Below are positions 19,233-28,675 of a stretch of 64,000 nucleotides of DNA, in pieces. The notes under the pieces were generated by a model, which saw nothing but the letters and a program-made list of their open reading frames with translations, was not told where the DNA came from and searched no databases. The DNA is from an uncultured Chryseobacterium sp. Lineage in GTDB: Bacteria > Bacteroidota > Bacteroidia > UBA10329. The stretch is taken from positions 14,917-78,916 of the forward strand of contig CAYWET010000014.1 of NCBI GenBank assembly GCA_964457245.1. The letters are read 5' to 3'. Numbering within the stretch: position 1 is the first letter of the stretch; the number at the start of each line of letters is the position of its first letter. The position numbers were made by a program, and so were the translations under genes.

Positions 19233-19954
19233 AAGCACTGATTGTAGATGATGAGCAGAACGTTCGAGAAGCATTAAGGTCGTTGCTTCAGCTTTGGTCT
19301 CCAGAAACGGAAGTTGTTGGCGAGGCTTCCAATGTAACAGAAGCACTGGCAAGAGCGCATTCGCTTCAGCCCGAATTGGTTTTCTTGGATGTGGAAATGG
19401 GAGACGGAACGGGTTTCGATTTTCTTAAAATGGTTCCGAACCGCAAATTCGAGGTCATATTTATCACAGCTCATCAGCATTACGCTATCGAAGCCATTCG
19501 GATGAGCGCTTGCGATTTTCTGCTGAAACCTGTAGACCCGGACGAGTTGGTAGATGCCATTGAACGCGCAGAAACCAAGCTAACGCAGCACGGTGGCGAT
19601 CCAATTGATGTGATGTTGCAACACGCAAATGGCGTCAAAGACCGCATTGTGCTCAAGGATATGGAGAACATTTACGTGATCAAGATCGATGACATTATCC
19701 GTTGTGAAGCAGACGGCCGATACACCAAGTTTGTTATTGCCAATCGCGAAAAACCGATTCTCGTTTCAACCAATCTGAAGGAATACGAGCAATTGCTTTC
19801 TCCTTCGGGATTTGTGCGGATTCATCACTCGCATCTCATCAATATGGTGCACATTAACCGAATTGATAAGGTGAATCTTTCGGTACATCTTTCCCAATCA
19901 GAAAAAGTGCCTATTTCAGTTCGGAAAAAGGATGAATTGATGAAAAGGCTTTAA
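19229..19954 (+). CDS. LytTR-family response regulator
   Basis: REC domain (LIVDDE...D54...KP) plus a C-terminal LytTR DNA-binding domain; ATGA overlap with the upstream kinase. Confidence 0.9.
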   Translation: MKALIVDDEQNVREALRSLLQLWSPETEVVGEASNVTEALARAHSLQPELVFLDVEMGDGTGFDFLKMVPNRKFEVIFITAHQHYAIEAIRMSACDFLLKPVDPDELVDAIERAETKLTQHGGDPIDVMLQHANGVKDRIVLKDMENIYVIKIDDIIRCEADGRYTKFVIANREKPILVSTNLKEYEQLLSPSGFVRIHHSHLINMVHINRIDKVNLSVHLSQSEKVPISVRKKDELMKRL

Positions 19955-21825
19955 TGCGATTCAGCCTCGTTTTTATTCTATTCCAATTAGTCGCATTCGT
20001 TGCCCTTGCGCAGCAAACTCAGAAGCCATGTCAAGTTGAAAACGAACGGGCAAATGCCTTTGCTCATCGATTTGATAAAAGCGATTCATTGCGATTGTTG
20101 GGACAGGAGTTGCTCGATTGTGCCGAATTACATTCTGATGATGAGTCGATGCTTGAGGCGCTTTCCATTATTGGTGCGGCCTACTTCCGCGAAGCCAATT
20201 ACCCGAACGCCCTGAAATACTTTTCTGAAGCCAATAACTTGGCCGAATCCATGAACGATTCCAATGCACTGGCGCTCACGTTCATCAATTTGGGAAATGT
20301 GCAGATCGGGCTGGATAGCGTTCCAAAGGCAATGCGTTACATGACACAAGCGGCAACCATACTTGAGTCGGTTCAGGATTCGGTAAATCTTAGTGCGGTT
20401 TACAATAGTATGGCGCACATTATGGGCAAGGTTGGAAATTCAAAAAGGCAGTTGCATTACAGCCAATTGGCATTTGATTTTGTGGGGCGAGATTTGACCA
20501 AAAAGCGAAATCTGAGATTGGCTGTCAATTACGCCATCAACCTTTCAAATAATGGAGATTTTGAAGGTTCGGAAGCATTGTCGCTCCGTGTGTTGAACGC
20601 TTGTCGTGAAGTCGGATACACAAAGGCACTTACACAGGTTCTGAATCACTTGGCCAATCTCAAATTGAAGCAAAATGAACCTGTTGAAGCATTAGCCTAT
20701 GCCAAGGAATGTTTGCAGTTTGAAGAGAAAATCAACCATCCGATTACATTCAATACGGCTTATACGCATCTCGGAATGGCCTATTTCGAGCTGGATAGTA
20801 TTGATGAGGCCATTGTTGCTTTGGAAAAAGCCAGAGAAATAGGCGAGGAGGAAAGCACGCTTCACGCGAAGCGGAAACCACTGCGTTACCTCAATCAGGC
20901 TTACAAGAGAAAAGGGCGAATGAAAGAAGCGTATCAGACGCTGCTTTTGTACAATCAGCTGAATGATTCGCTGATGGCAGAAGAGAACATTCGCATTGTA
21001 GAAGAACTCAAATCCAAGTACGAAACCGAGAAGAAAGAGCAGCAGGTTCGGGAGTTGACGCAGCAGAATCAGATTTCCGAACTCCGATTGCGGCAACGAA
21101 GCATCACAATAATTGTCGTTCTCATTTTGGCTTTGATTCTCGCTGGTGGAATCTATTTCGTTTCACGTCAGCGCTTGCTAAAAGAGCAACAGGAAGCATT
21201 GGAAAACCGATTGCTTTCGCTGCGCGTTCAGTTGAATCCGCATTTCATCTTCAATGCGCTGACCGCGGTTCAGAATTATATGTTGAGTGGAAAAGACTTG
21301 AAGCAAGCGGTCCGTTACTTGTCCAATTTTGCCAAAGTAATGCGTGCTTTTCTGGAGTACAACCAAGCGGAAACAATTACGCTCGATAAAGAACTGCATG
21401 CCATGGGGCTTTATGTCGGCATTCAGGAATTGCGTTTCAGCAATGGATTTATGTTTGATGTTCACGTGGATGATGCCATCATTTCGGAAGAAACACTTGT
21501 TCCGCCAATGATTTTACAACCGTTGATTGAAAACGCCATCGAGCATGGAATTCGTAATGTGGAAAATGGTAGAATTGAACTGCATTATTCTGTTGAAGGC
21601 GAAAGCTTGATCATGCGTTTATGCGACAACGGAATTGGTCGAAAACGTGCGGCTGAAAGTCCGAAAACCGTAGAGAAAACCTCGCTGGCCACAAAGATCA
21701 CGAACGAACGGATTCAGCTTCTAAACCGCAAGCATAAAGGGCGCTTTCAACTCGAAATCCGAGATGCCAACCAAGACGGAACAGGTACAGAAGTTACTGT
21801 TCGGATGCCGCTAATGCTCGATTAG
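19954..21825 (+). CDS. periplasmic-TPR sensor histidine kinase, LytS/His_kinase type (paralog 2; the C-terminal ~260 aa is near-identical to paralog 1)
   Basis: Same architecture as 17325-19232; start overlaps the regulator stop (TAATG). Confidence 0.85.
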   Translation: MRFSLVFILFQLVAFVALAQQTQKPCQVENERANAFAHRFDKSDSLRLLGQELLDCAELHSDDESMLEALSIIGAAYFREANYPNALKYFSEANNLAESMNDSNALALTFINLGNVQIGLDSVPKAMRYMTQAATILESVQDSVNLSAVYNSMAHIMGKVGNSKRQLHYSQLAFDFVGRDLTKKRNLRLAVNYAINLSNNGDFEGSEALSLRVLNACREVGYTKALTQVLNHLANLKLKQNEPVEALAYAKECLQFEEKINHPITFNTAYTHLGMAYFELDSIDEAIVALEKAREIGEEESTLHAKRKPLRYLNQAYKRKGRMKEAYQTLLLYNQLNDSLMAEENIRIVEELKSKYETEKKEQQVRELTQQNQISELRLRQRSITIIVVLILALILAGGIYFVSRQRLLKEQQEALENRLLSLRVQLNPHFIFNALTAVQNYMLSGKDLKQAVRYLSNFAKVMRAFLEYNQAETITLDKELHAMGLYVGIQELRFSNGFMFDVHVDDAIISEETLVPPMILQPLIENAIEHGIRNVENGRIELHYSVEGESLIMRLCDNGIGRKRAAESPKTVEKTSLATKITNERIQLLNRKHKGRFQLEIRDANQDGTGTEVTVRMPLMLD

Positions 21826-21930
21826 CGCAACACTTATTACATACGTCTTTTCAGTTATTCATACAGGCCCGATCAGGCTAGGGAAGCGCGGTACACTTGT
21901 TCTCAAGTTAATCCCCTAAATCAAAACATT

Positions 21931-23769
21931 ATGAAAAAACATGTACCCTTTTTATTGAGTCTCCTAAGCATCATGGGACTCTTGGCCTGGACTGCTTCAG
22001 TTCGTGCGCAATGTCTAACTGATAATGTAATGCTGGATCTTCAGATCGTTAATGGAACGTCCACAGATTATTCTGATTTCTCGAATAGCGTCACACTTCA
22101 AGGGAGCCCAACATATGTAACCGGTCAAAATGGCCATCAGAATGGGGCGCTGCATTTTGCAAATCAGACGCCTTATCAGTACGCATCCATTCCGCCAAAC
22201 GCGGCATTTCAGCAAATGAATGATGCATTCACCATTGCGGCATGGGTTTATCCTACGTCCCTTTCAAGCTATAACACCATCATTGGTAAGGTGAACGGTA
22301 GTCATCGGAATATCGTACTCAGATACCACGCTGATGGTAGAGTTCAGCTCCATTATACAGCTTCGCCTGCAACGGTGTATGTTACCACAGATGATCCTGA
22401 AGTAACGGCAACTAACCAGTGGTATCATTTAGCTGCAACTTTTGATGGGAACAGTGTAAAGATCTTTGTGAATGGTGTTCTAAAGAAAGAACAAGCAGTC
22501 GCTTCTTCTCCTACATTTCAATTATCGGGCAACCTTCTTATCGGTTCTCTGAATGCTGGAACCGAAAGAGTAATAGGATATGTAGATGATGTTCAAATGC
22601 GCTCGTTCGCTATGGAAGATGAATCCGTTCCATGCTTGATGAGTCATGGTTTGAACGTGAATTCAGGCTTGGTTCTGAGTCTTCCTTTGGATGGAGATGG
22701 CACAGATGTTACTGGTTACGGAAATGACGGTTCTATAAATGGTGCTACTGCTTCAGCTGCAATAGATCGTTTTGGAAATGCTGGTTCATGCATGAATTTT
22801 TCAGGCTCAGGCTACGTCCAAGTTAGTAGTACGGGTCAGTCTCAGTACGGTAACCTTGCTTCTGGATTTTCAATCTCTGCATGGGTAAACCCAACCTCTG
22901 TTTCAGGTAATCATGTTATCGTGAGTAAGGTCAATAATGGTCGTGATATCGTATTGAGGATAGATAATGGAAAGTTTACCGTTCACTACTATTTCGGAGG
23001 ATACATTTGGTTTGTTCCAGCTAGTGCAACCATTAGTGCTAATGAGTGGACAAACGTGGCTTGTACATGGGATGGAACAACCATGAAACTTTATCAGGAT
23101 GGAGTGGAAATTCATTCAAACGAACCGACAATTGGGCCTAATATTACCAATAATGCAGACTGGAGAATTGGGGCGCTTGCTTCAAGTGGTGGAGAAAACT
23201 TTGGTGGTAAGATTGACGATGTAAAAGTTTGGGGCCGAGCATTAGTGCCATGTGAGTTGGATAAGAATCTTTATCCTGCGTTAAACCTAGTTGTTGATGA
23301 CAACTTGATTCTGTGTCCTGGACAGAATGCCATTGTCGAAACGCTCGGTTCTTTGTGCTCTGTGCTTTGGACAAATGATAACAGCACAGAATTCTTCTTT
23401 GATATTGATGCAGATGATCTAGGAGTGGGCGACCACCAGATTGTACTTGAAGCCTACGACAACTACGATAATTTTTATAGTGACACGGTAAATGTTACGG
23501 TTTCGCTTTGCACAGGAATCGAAGAATCAGAAACTATGAGCGAGATTCGAGTTTATCCGAACCCAGCGTCTGCAATTGTTACGGTTGAAGTAGATGACAT
23601 GCAGCAAGTTCAGCTACTTGACGTTTCAGGGAGACTATTGGAAACACAGAATGCCCAGAACCTAAACAGACTTGACCTGAATATTTCGGTCGTGCCAGCT
23701 GGTGTTTACTTCCTAAGGGTAACTGTTAATGATGGATCGGTGGTATCCAAACGATTGGTAAAGCACTAA
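21931..23769 (+). CDS. secreted tandem LamG/concanavalin-like domain protein with a T9SS C-terminal sorting domain
   Basis: Two about 200-aa LamG-like modules (WYHLAATFDG...KIFVNG; WTNVACTWDG...KLYQDG); C-terminal VYPNPAS...GVYFLRV Por_Secre_tail. Confidence 0.7.
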   Translation: MKKHVPFLLSLLSIMGLLAWTASVRAQCLTDNVMLDLQIVNGTSTDYSDFSNSVTLQGSPTYVTGQNGHQNGALHFANQTPYQYASIPPNAAFQQMNDAFTIAAWVYPTSLSSYNTIIGKVNGSHRNIVLRYHADGRVQLHYTASPATVYVTTDDPEVTATNQWYHLAATFDGNSVKIFVNGVLKKEQAVASSPTFQLSGNLLIGSLNAGTERVIGYVDDVQMRSFAMEDESVPCLMSHGLNVNSGLVLSLPLDGDGTDVTGYGNDGSINGATASAAIDRFGNAGSCMNFSGSGYVQVSSTGQSQYGNLASGFSISAWVNPTSVSGNHVIVSKVNNGRDIVLRIDNGKFTVHYYFGGYIWFVPASATISANEWTNVACTWDGTTMKLYQDGVEIHSNEPTIGPNITNNADWRIGALASSGGENFGGKIDDVKVWGRALVPCELDKNLYPALNLVVDDNLILCPGQNAIVETLGSLCSVLWTNDNSTEFFFDIDADDLGVGDHQIVLEAYDNYDNFYSDTVNVTVSLCTGIEESETMSEIRVYPNPASAIVTVEVDDMQQVQLLDVSGRLLETQNAQNLNRLDLNISVVPAGVYFLRVTVNDGSVVSKRLVKH

Positions 23770-23792
23770 GCTTTATCATATGTAGGTGGATC

Positions 23793-23825
23793 GGGCTCAG
23801 CGTTTAGGCGTTGAGCCCTTTTTTC
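23793..23825. terminator. bidirectional hairpin terminator between the LamG gene and the convergent small membrane-protein gene
   Basis: gggctca...tgagccc 7-bp stem plus T7. Confidence 0.55.
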
Positions 23826-23827
23826 GC

Positions 23828-23989
23828 TTAAGGATTCTCGTTCCTATTCAGAATAACAAGGGCAGCAATAACACCAGGAACCCAACCCGCCAATGTAAGA
23901 ATGAACGTGATGAGGATAGAACCACAACCTCTGTCATAAACGGCTAGAGGAGGGAAAATGATGGCAAGAATTACTCGAATTAATGACAT
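23828..23989 (-). CDS. YqaE/Pmp3-family small membrane proteolipid (53 aa). It is below the ORF-track cut-off and is not in the supplied track
   Basis: I translated it by hand: MSLIRVILAIIFPPLAVYDRGCGSILITFILTLAGWVPGVIAALVILNRNENP. Two TM helices and the conserved PPLAV...GW.PG motif. Confidence 0.6.
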   Translation of the reverse strand: MSLIRVILAIIFPPLAVYDRGCGSILITFILTLAGWVPGVIAALVILNRNENP

Positions 23990-23998
23990 GAAGCTAAG

Positions 23999-24493
23999 TT
24001 ACGCTTCAAGTTCTTTTTTCAAAGCGGCCATTTTGATAGCAGTGATGGCTGCTTCGTCTCCTTTGTTTCCATGAATACCGCCTGCACGGTCCAATGCCTG
24101 CTGCATTGTATTCGGAGTCAGCACACCAAAAATCACTGGAAGATTGTATTTGATGTTCAAGTTGGTGATTCCGTGGCCAACCGCATCACAGATGAAATCG
24201 AAATGCTTGGTTTCTCCTTGAATAACAACTCCGATACAAATGACGGCATCAAATTCTTTTCGTTCCGCCATCAGCTGCGCCCCAAGCGTCAATTCAAAAC
24301 TTCCAGGAACGTTTCTTCGAACTACATCTTCTTCCTTCGCCCCGAACTTCAGAAGTGTTTCCGTGGCGCCATTGTAAAGTGCTTCAGTGATCTCTGTATT
24401 CCATTCACTGACAACAACTGCAAATCGCATCCCTTCGGCAGAAGGAACGGTTTCGGCATCGTAAGAAGAAAGATTCTTGAGCGCTGAGGCCAA
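23999..24493 (-). CDS. ribH: 6,7-dimethyl-8-ribityllumazine synthase
   Basis: 164 aa; FAVVVSEWN...GAFELP-like...VIFGVLT lumazine synthase blocks. Confidence 0.9.
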   Translation of the reverse strand: MASALKNLSSYDAETVPSAEGMRFAVVVSEWNTEITEALYNGATETLLKFGAKEEDVVRRNVPGSFELTLGAQLMAERKEFDAVICIGVVIQGETKHFDFICDAVGHGITNLNIKYNLPVIFGVLTPNTMQQALDRAGGIHGNKGDEAAITAIKMAALKKELEA

Positions 24494-24494
24494 A

Positions 24495-25193
24495 TCAGTT
24501 CAAATTTGCTTCAGCACGGGCAATATACTTTTCAGCATTTCGCCCTTCGTTGGTAGTTGGGAATTTCTCCTTCACCTGAGTGTAGTAGTCAATTGCCTTG
24601 TCGAAATTACCTGCTTGCTCAGCAGCAAAACCAGCCTTCTGCAAGTAAATTGGAGTAGAGAAATCATTCTCGCTGTAATTGATGGCTTTCTCGTAGCTGT
24701 TCAAAGCTGCATCTGTATCCCCAAGCTGAGAATAAGCATCACCAATGGCACCTAGAGCAACCGCACCAAGCATTTCATCGCCTGCATCAAACGACTCCAA
24801 TTCGTCAATAGCCGTTTCGTAATCACCAGTTCTCAAGTAACAAATGCCAGAGTAGTAGTGGGCAAGGTTTCCAGCAGATGTGTTGCCGTACTCGTCAGCA
24901 ATGTCAATGAAACCCAAGTAGTTTCCATCACCATTCAAAGCAAGGTCAAAACTGTCTTTCTGAAAGTATTGCTCAGCCATGAACATCTGTCCGTGAGCTT
25001 CTTCTTCCAATGGCTCAAGATAAACACGGTTGTAAGCGTAGATGGCCACCACAACTGCGATGATTCCACCCACGACACCCATGATCAGGTTCTGGTTGGT
25101 GTTAATGAAGTCCTCCGTTTTCGAATAAACTTCTTCAACGTCAACGATCAATTCGTCCTTTTCTTCTTCTTGATGCTTCTTGGCCATGTCCAA
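24495..25193 (-). CDS. membrane-anchored TPR-repeat protein (YfgM-like)
   Basis: One N-terminal TM (IMGVVGGIIAVVVAIYAY) then TPR-like helical repeats. Confidence 0.6.
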   Translation of the reverse strand: MDMAKKHQEEEKDELIVDVEEVYSKTEDFINTNQNLIMGVVGGIIAVVVAIYAYNRVYLEPLEEEAHGQMFMAEQYFQKDSFDLALNGDGNYLGFIDIADEYGNTSAGNLAHYYSGICYLRTGDYETAIDELESFDAGDEMLGAVALGAIGDAYSQLGDTDAALNSYEKAINYSENDFSTPIYLQKAGFAAEQAGNFDKAIDYYTQVKEKFPTTNEGRNAEKYIARAEANLN

Positions 25194-25318
25194 ATTTTAC
25201 AGGGCGCGAAGATAGGTATTATTTCAAATGAAATCAGACCTGATTTAACAGGTGTTGGGATGGGCTGAATCGTGCATGGAATAAGGGTTTCGTTACATTT
25301 GCCGCAGCGCGTAAAAAT

Positions 25319-26419
25319 ATGTATCTCAAGCAGCTTTCGTTGGTCAACTTCAAGAACATTTCGGGTGCAGACCTCGAACTAGGTAAGAAGTTCAACTGCT
25401 TTGTCGGAAATAATGGGTCAGGCAAGACAACTGTGCTAGATGCTGTGCATTATCTATCGATGTGCAAGAGTTTTCTGAACCCCATTGACAGTCAGAATAT
25501 CAAACGCGAACAACCTTTTATGGTGCTTAGCGGAACGTTTGATAAGGATTCGGAAGATTACACCATTCATTGTGCGCTAAAGCGCGATGGTAAGAAGCAG
25601 TTCAAGAAGAATAAGAAGGAATATCAGCGGCTGATCGATCATATTGGCCTCTTTCCAACGGTGATCATTGCGCCAACAGATGCCGACATCATTAATGGAG
25701 GAAGTGACCTGAGACGAAAGTTCTTGGATGGAGTGATTTCTCAGCTGGATCGGGAGTACCTTGAAAATCTGGTTCAATACAATAAGGCGCTTCAGCAACG
25801 GAACGCTTTGCTGAAATATTTCCGTGAGAATCGAACCTTTCAGCAGGAATCCTTGGATGTCTGGGATGTGCAGCTTTCTGAAAGAGGAAGGTTGATTCAC
25901 GAGAGACGGAAGAAGTTCTTGGCTGATTTTATTGAAGCCTTCAGTTCTTATTACAAAACCATTTCAGATTCTGTAGAGGAGATAGGTCTGGTCTATGAGA
26001 GTCAGTTGTCGGATGGTGATATGGTCACATTGCTCAAAGAAAGTTTGGATAAAGACCGAGCGGTGACCTACACAACAATCGGAATTCATAAGGATGATCT
26101 GACGCTAACTATCAACGATTTTCCACTCAAAAAATTTGGGTCTCAGGGGCAGCAAAAATCAGCCCTTGTTTCACTCAAATTGGCACAGTTCAAAGTGATG
26201 TCTGAAAAGAGTGGAATTACCCCGCTTCTTTTGCTCGATGATATCTTCGATAAATTGGATGATGACAGGGTAGGGCAGATGCTGAAATTGGTGGGCGGAA
26301 AAGCCTTCGGTCAGATCTTCATTACCGACACGCATCCAGAGCGTGTAGCCGAACTTTTGAAAGGCGAAAAAGACGTCAAAGTTTTCCCGATTTCTCAGGG
26401 AGAAATAGAAGTTGATTAA
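25319..26419 (+). CDS. recF: DNA replication and repair protein RecF
   Basis: Walker A GNNGSGKT at the N-terminus; SMC-like signature and D-loop LLLDD at the C-terminus. Confidence 0.9.
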   Translation: MYLKQLSLVNFKNISGADLELGKKFNCFVGNNGSGKTTVLDAVHYLSMCKSFLNPIDSQNIKREQPFMVLSGTFDKDSEDYTIHCALKRDGKKQFKKNKKEYQRLIDHIGLFPTVIIAPTDADIINGGSDLRRKFLDGVISQLDREYLENLVQYNKALQQRNALLKYFRENRTFQQESLDVWDVQLSERGRLIHERRKKFLADFIEAFSSYYKTISDSVEEIGLVYESQLSDGDMVTLLKESLDKDRAVTYTTIGIHKDDLTLTINDFPLKKFGSQGQQKSALVSLKLAQFKVMSEKSGITPLLLLDDIFDKLDDDRVGQMLKLVGGKAFGQIFITDTHPERVAELLKGEKDVKVFPISQGEIEVD

Positions 26420-26595
26420 CTCACGTTTTGTGACGATCGTAACCGAATTACATCTGTAAATCGTCTGATTTTTCGGTGAAATTTACGATTGCAAATATAA
26501 TTCCTGTAAAAACTTATTATTCAATATTTTAAGTATTTTTAAATGAATTTATAATTCAAATATTTTCATTCTTAATTCAATTGGATGTTGATAGG

Positions 26596-26635
26596 TTTAC
26601 AAATGTATTCTAATGATTTGGTTTACATTTGTAAA
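26596..26635. promoter_or_regulatory. perfect 12-bp inverted repeat TTTACAAATGTA-N16-TACATTTGTAAA, a candidate operator overlapping a TACATTTG -7-like box
   Basis: Read directly; it lies in an AT-rich spacer immediately 5' of the XRE HTH gene. Confidence 0.45.
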
Positions 26636-26638
26636 ACG

Positions 26639-26989
26639 ATGGAAGCGATTACTGAAAGAGTCAAAAAAATCATGGAGAACCATGAGCTTTCATCGTCTCA
26701 AATGGCGGATAGAATCGGGGTGCAACGGAGTGCTATCAGTCACATTTTATCGGGTAGAAATAAGCCAAGTTTAGATTTCATCTTAAATGTCTTGGAAAGC
26801 TTTTCTGATGTCTCTTCGGAGTGGCTGTTACGGGGGCAAAAAACAGAGGTTTCAGGTGGTCAAAATCAGTCCGAAATTGGGGGTGATAAATCGGCCCGAA
26901 ATCAGGGTCAAAATACCCCTCACAAAACGGTCGAAAAAGTGCTAATTCTTTACAGCGATAAAACGGTTGAAGAATACCAAAAGCTTTAG
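26639..26989 (+). CDS. XRE/Cro-family helix-turn-helix protein with a Gln/Gly-rich C-terminal tail (the ORF track starts at 26585; I favour the internal Met at 26639)
   Basis: LSSSQMADRIGVQRSAISHILSGRNKPSLDFILNV is a classic HTH_3 pattern. Confidence 0.6.
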   Translation: MEAITERVKKIMENHELSSSQMADRIGVQRSAISHILSGRNKPSLDFILNVLESFSDVSSEWLLRGQKTEVSGGQNQSEIGGDKSARNQGQNTPHKTVEKVLILYSDKTVEEYQKL

Positions 26990-27093
26990 AGATTCGTCAC
27001 CCTGAACTTGTTTCAGGACCTTTTGAAACCTGCTTAGGTTAGATGCTGAAACGAGTTCAGCATGACTGACTGCAACTGTATATATTCGCTCCC

Positions 27094-27735
27094 ATGAGAA
27101 AAAAGGAGCGCTTCGAAAAGGTCATTGCTTATTTCCAAGAATACATGCCAACGGCAGAAACGGAGTTGCTTTACCGCAATCCTTATGAGTTACTGGTTGC
27201 AGTGATTCTCTCTGCGCAATGCACTGACAAGCGCGTCAATATTGTAACCAAAGATCTATTTGAGCGATTTCCTGAGGCTGAAAGCTTAGCTGCGGCTTCT
27301 TCAGATGAGGTTTTTACTTACATAAGAAGCATCAGCTATCCGAATAATAAGGCAAAACATTTGGTTGGAATGGCCAAGATGCTAGTAGGGGATTTCAATA
27401 ATGTGGTTCCGTCTGATATCAAAGAGCTACAGAAACTGCCTGGTGTAGGGCGGAAGACCGCTAATGTGATTGCTTCGGTAGTTTATGATAAACCTGCCAT
27501 GGCGGTGGATACCCATGTCTTCCGAGTATCAGAACGACTTGGTCTTACAACCAACGCCAAAACGCCTTTAGCTACCGAAAAGCAACTTGTTAAATACATT
27601 CCCGAAAATCTGATCGCTACTGCGCACCATTGGTTGATTCTGCACGGACGATACGTATGTTTAGCTCGTAAACCAAAGTGTGAGAAATGCGGGTTAACGG
27701 AGTTCTGTAGGTATTACGAGAAGAATTTTGGCTGA
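27094..27735 (+). CDS. nth: endonuclease III
   Basis: HhH-GPD motif LPGVGRKTANV and a C-terminal 4Fe-4S cluster loop C-x6-C-x2-C-x5-C. Confidence 0.9.
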   Translation: MRKKERFEKVIAYFQEYMPTAETELLYRNPYELLVAVILSAQCTDKRVNIVTKDLFERFPEAESLAAASSDEVFTYIRSISYPNNKAKHLVGMAKMLVGDFNNVVPSDIKELQKLPGVGRKTANVIASVVYDKPAMAVDTHVFRVSERLGLTTNAKTPLATEKQLVKYIPENLIATAHHWLILHGRYVCLARKPKCEKCGLTEFCRYYEKNFG

Positions 27736-27736
27736 G

Positions 27737-28489
27737 TTATTCGTGCTGAACAATCAGTTTTTCCGTGTGGTCAATTCCTTTTTCGGATTGCAGCGAAATG
27801 AAGTGGATTCCATTTGGCCAATGCCTGACATCGATTAGAAAGTCCTTCTGGTTTTGAGGTAAAAGTTGGTTGAAGTGAACTTTTCCTGTGTAATCAGTAA
27901 CTGCAATGCTTCGGTCAAAACTTGATGAGGTTAGCGCCATCTTCACAACGGAAAAAGTTGGATTAGGGAAAATTTCGAATTGCACGTTTTCTCTGCCTTC
28001 AATTGCTTGAGGAGGAAAATCCATATAATTCGCAAAACCAGAACAACCAAAACTATCGGTTACTTCCACGTTGTAGTATCCGCTTTGCAAGGCTACATAC
28101 CACCAATTTGTCGCATTGGGAATGGCAACACTATCCAAATACCATTGATAGGCTTCAAATTCACCCGAAACCCATAATGAATCATTCATCACATGCATCT
28201 GAGGATTTGGATTATGAACGGTTACAATAGCTGGGTTTTGAATAAGAGTGCTATCCACATTACCCAATGAATCCAAACCAATTGGGAAGTATTCACTGGT
28301 TTCACATACGGTTATACATGGTGTCGAACTTCCTGTATTCCATATTACAGAGGAAAATGGCGGTTCTACACATAAAGTGACACATTCACCCGGACAAAGA
28401 TCTATTGGGCCAGCAGGTACAATCACCGGCTGAGCCAATCCCAGAGTTGAAATCAACAGAAAAAGGATTAGTGAGAAGCTGTGTTTCAT
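27737..28489 (-). CDS. secreted protein of unknown function with a T9SS C-terminal sorting domain
   Basis: Signal peptide; C-terminal FEIFPNPT...FISLQSEKG...KLIVQ Por_Secre_tail pattern. Confidence 0.6.
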   Translation of the reverse strand: MKHSFSLILFLLISTLGLAQPVIVPAGPIDLCPGECVTLCVEPPFSSVIWNTGSSTPCITVCETSEYFPIGLDSLGNVDSTLIQNPAIVTVHNPNPQMHVMNDSLWVSGEFEAYQWYLDSVAIPNATNWWYVALQSGYYNVEVTDSFGCSGFANYMDFPPQAIEGRENVQFEIFPNPTFSVVKMALTSSSFDRSIAVTDYTGKVHFNQLLPQNQKDFLIDVRHWPNGIHFISLQSEKGIDHTEKLIVQHE

Positions 28490-28675
28490 TGGAATTTACT
28501 TATGAATTCTAATTTAGTGCTTATTGTTGAGTTAGCTTCATCGGGTTCGTAAATACATTACGTTCTGCTGTCTTAGACTTGCAATCAAAGTGGAAAACTT
28601 GGTAGCGAAAGACTCGATTTCCGAACTTAAACATCGTTACTTTGTTTGCCTCCCAAAACCTAAAAACAAACGCAA

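Noticed and set aside
24071-24487. A 138-aa plus-strand ORF antisense to ribH
   Set aside because: ribH is unambiguous on the minus strand, so the overlapping ORF is a shadow frame.
25294-25301. TACATTTG upstream of recF, considered as a half-site of the 26596-26635 palindrome
   Set aside because: It equals the generic Bacteroidota -7 consensus TAnnTTTG, so by itself it is most simply the recF promoter. It is kept only as supporting context in the palindrome finding.
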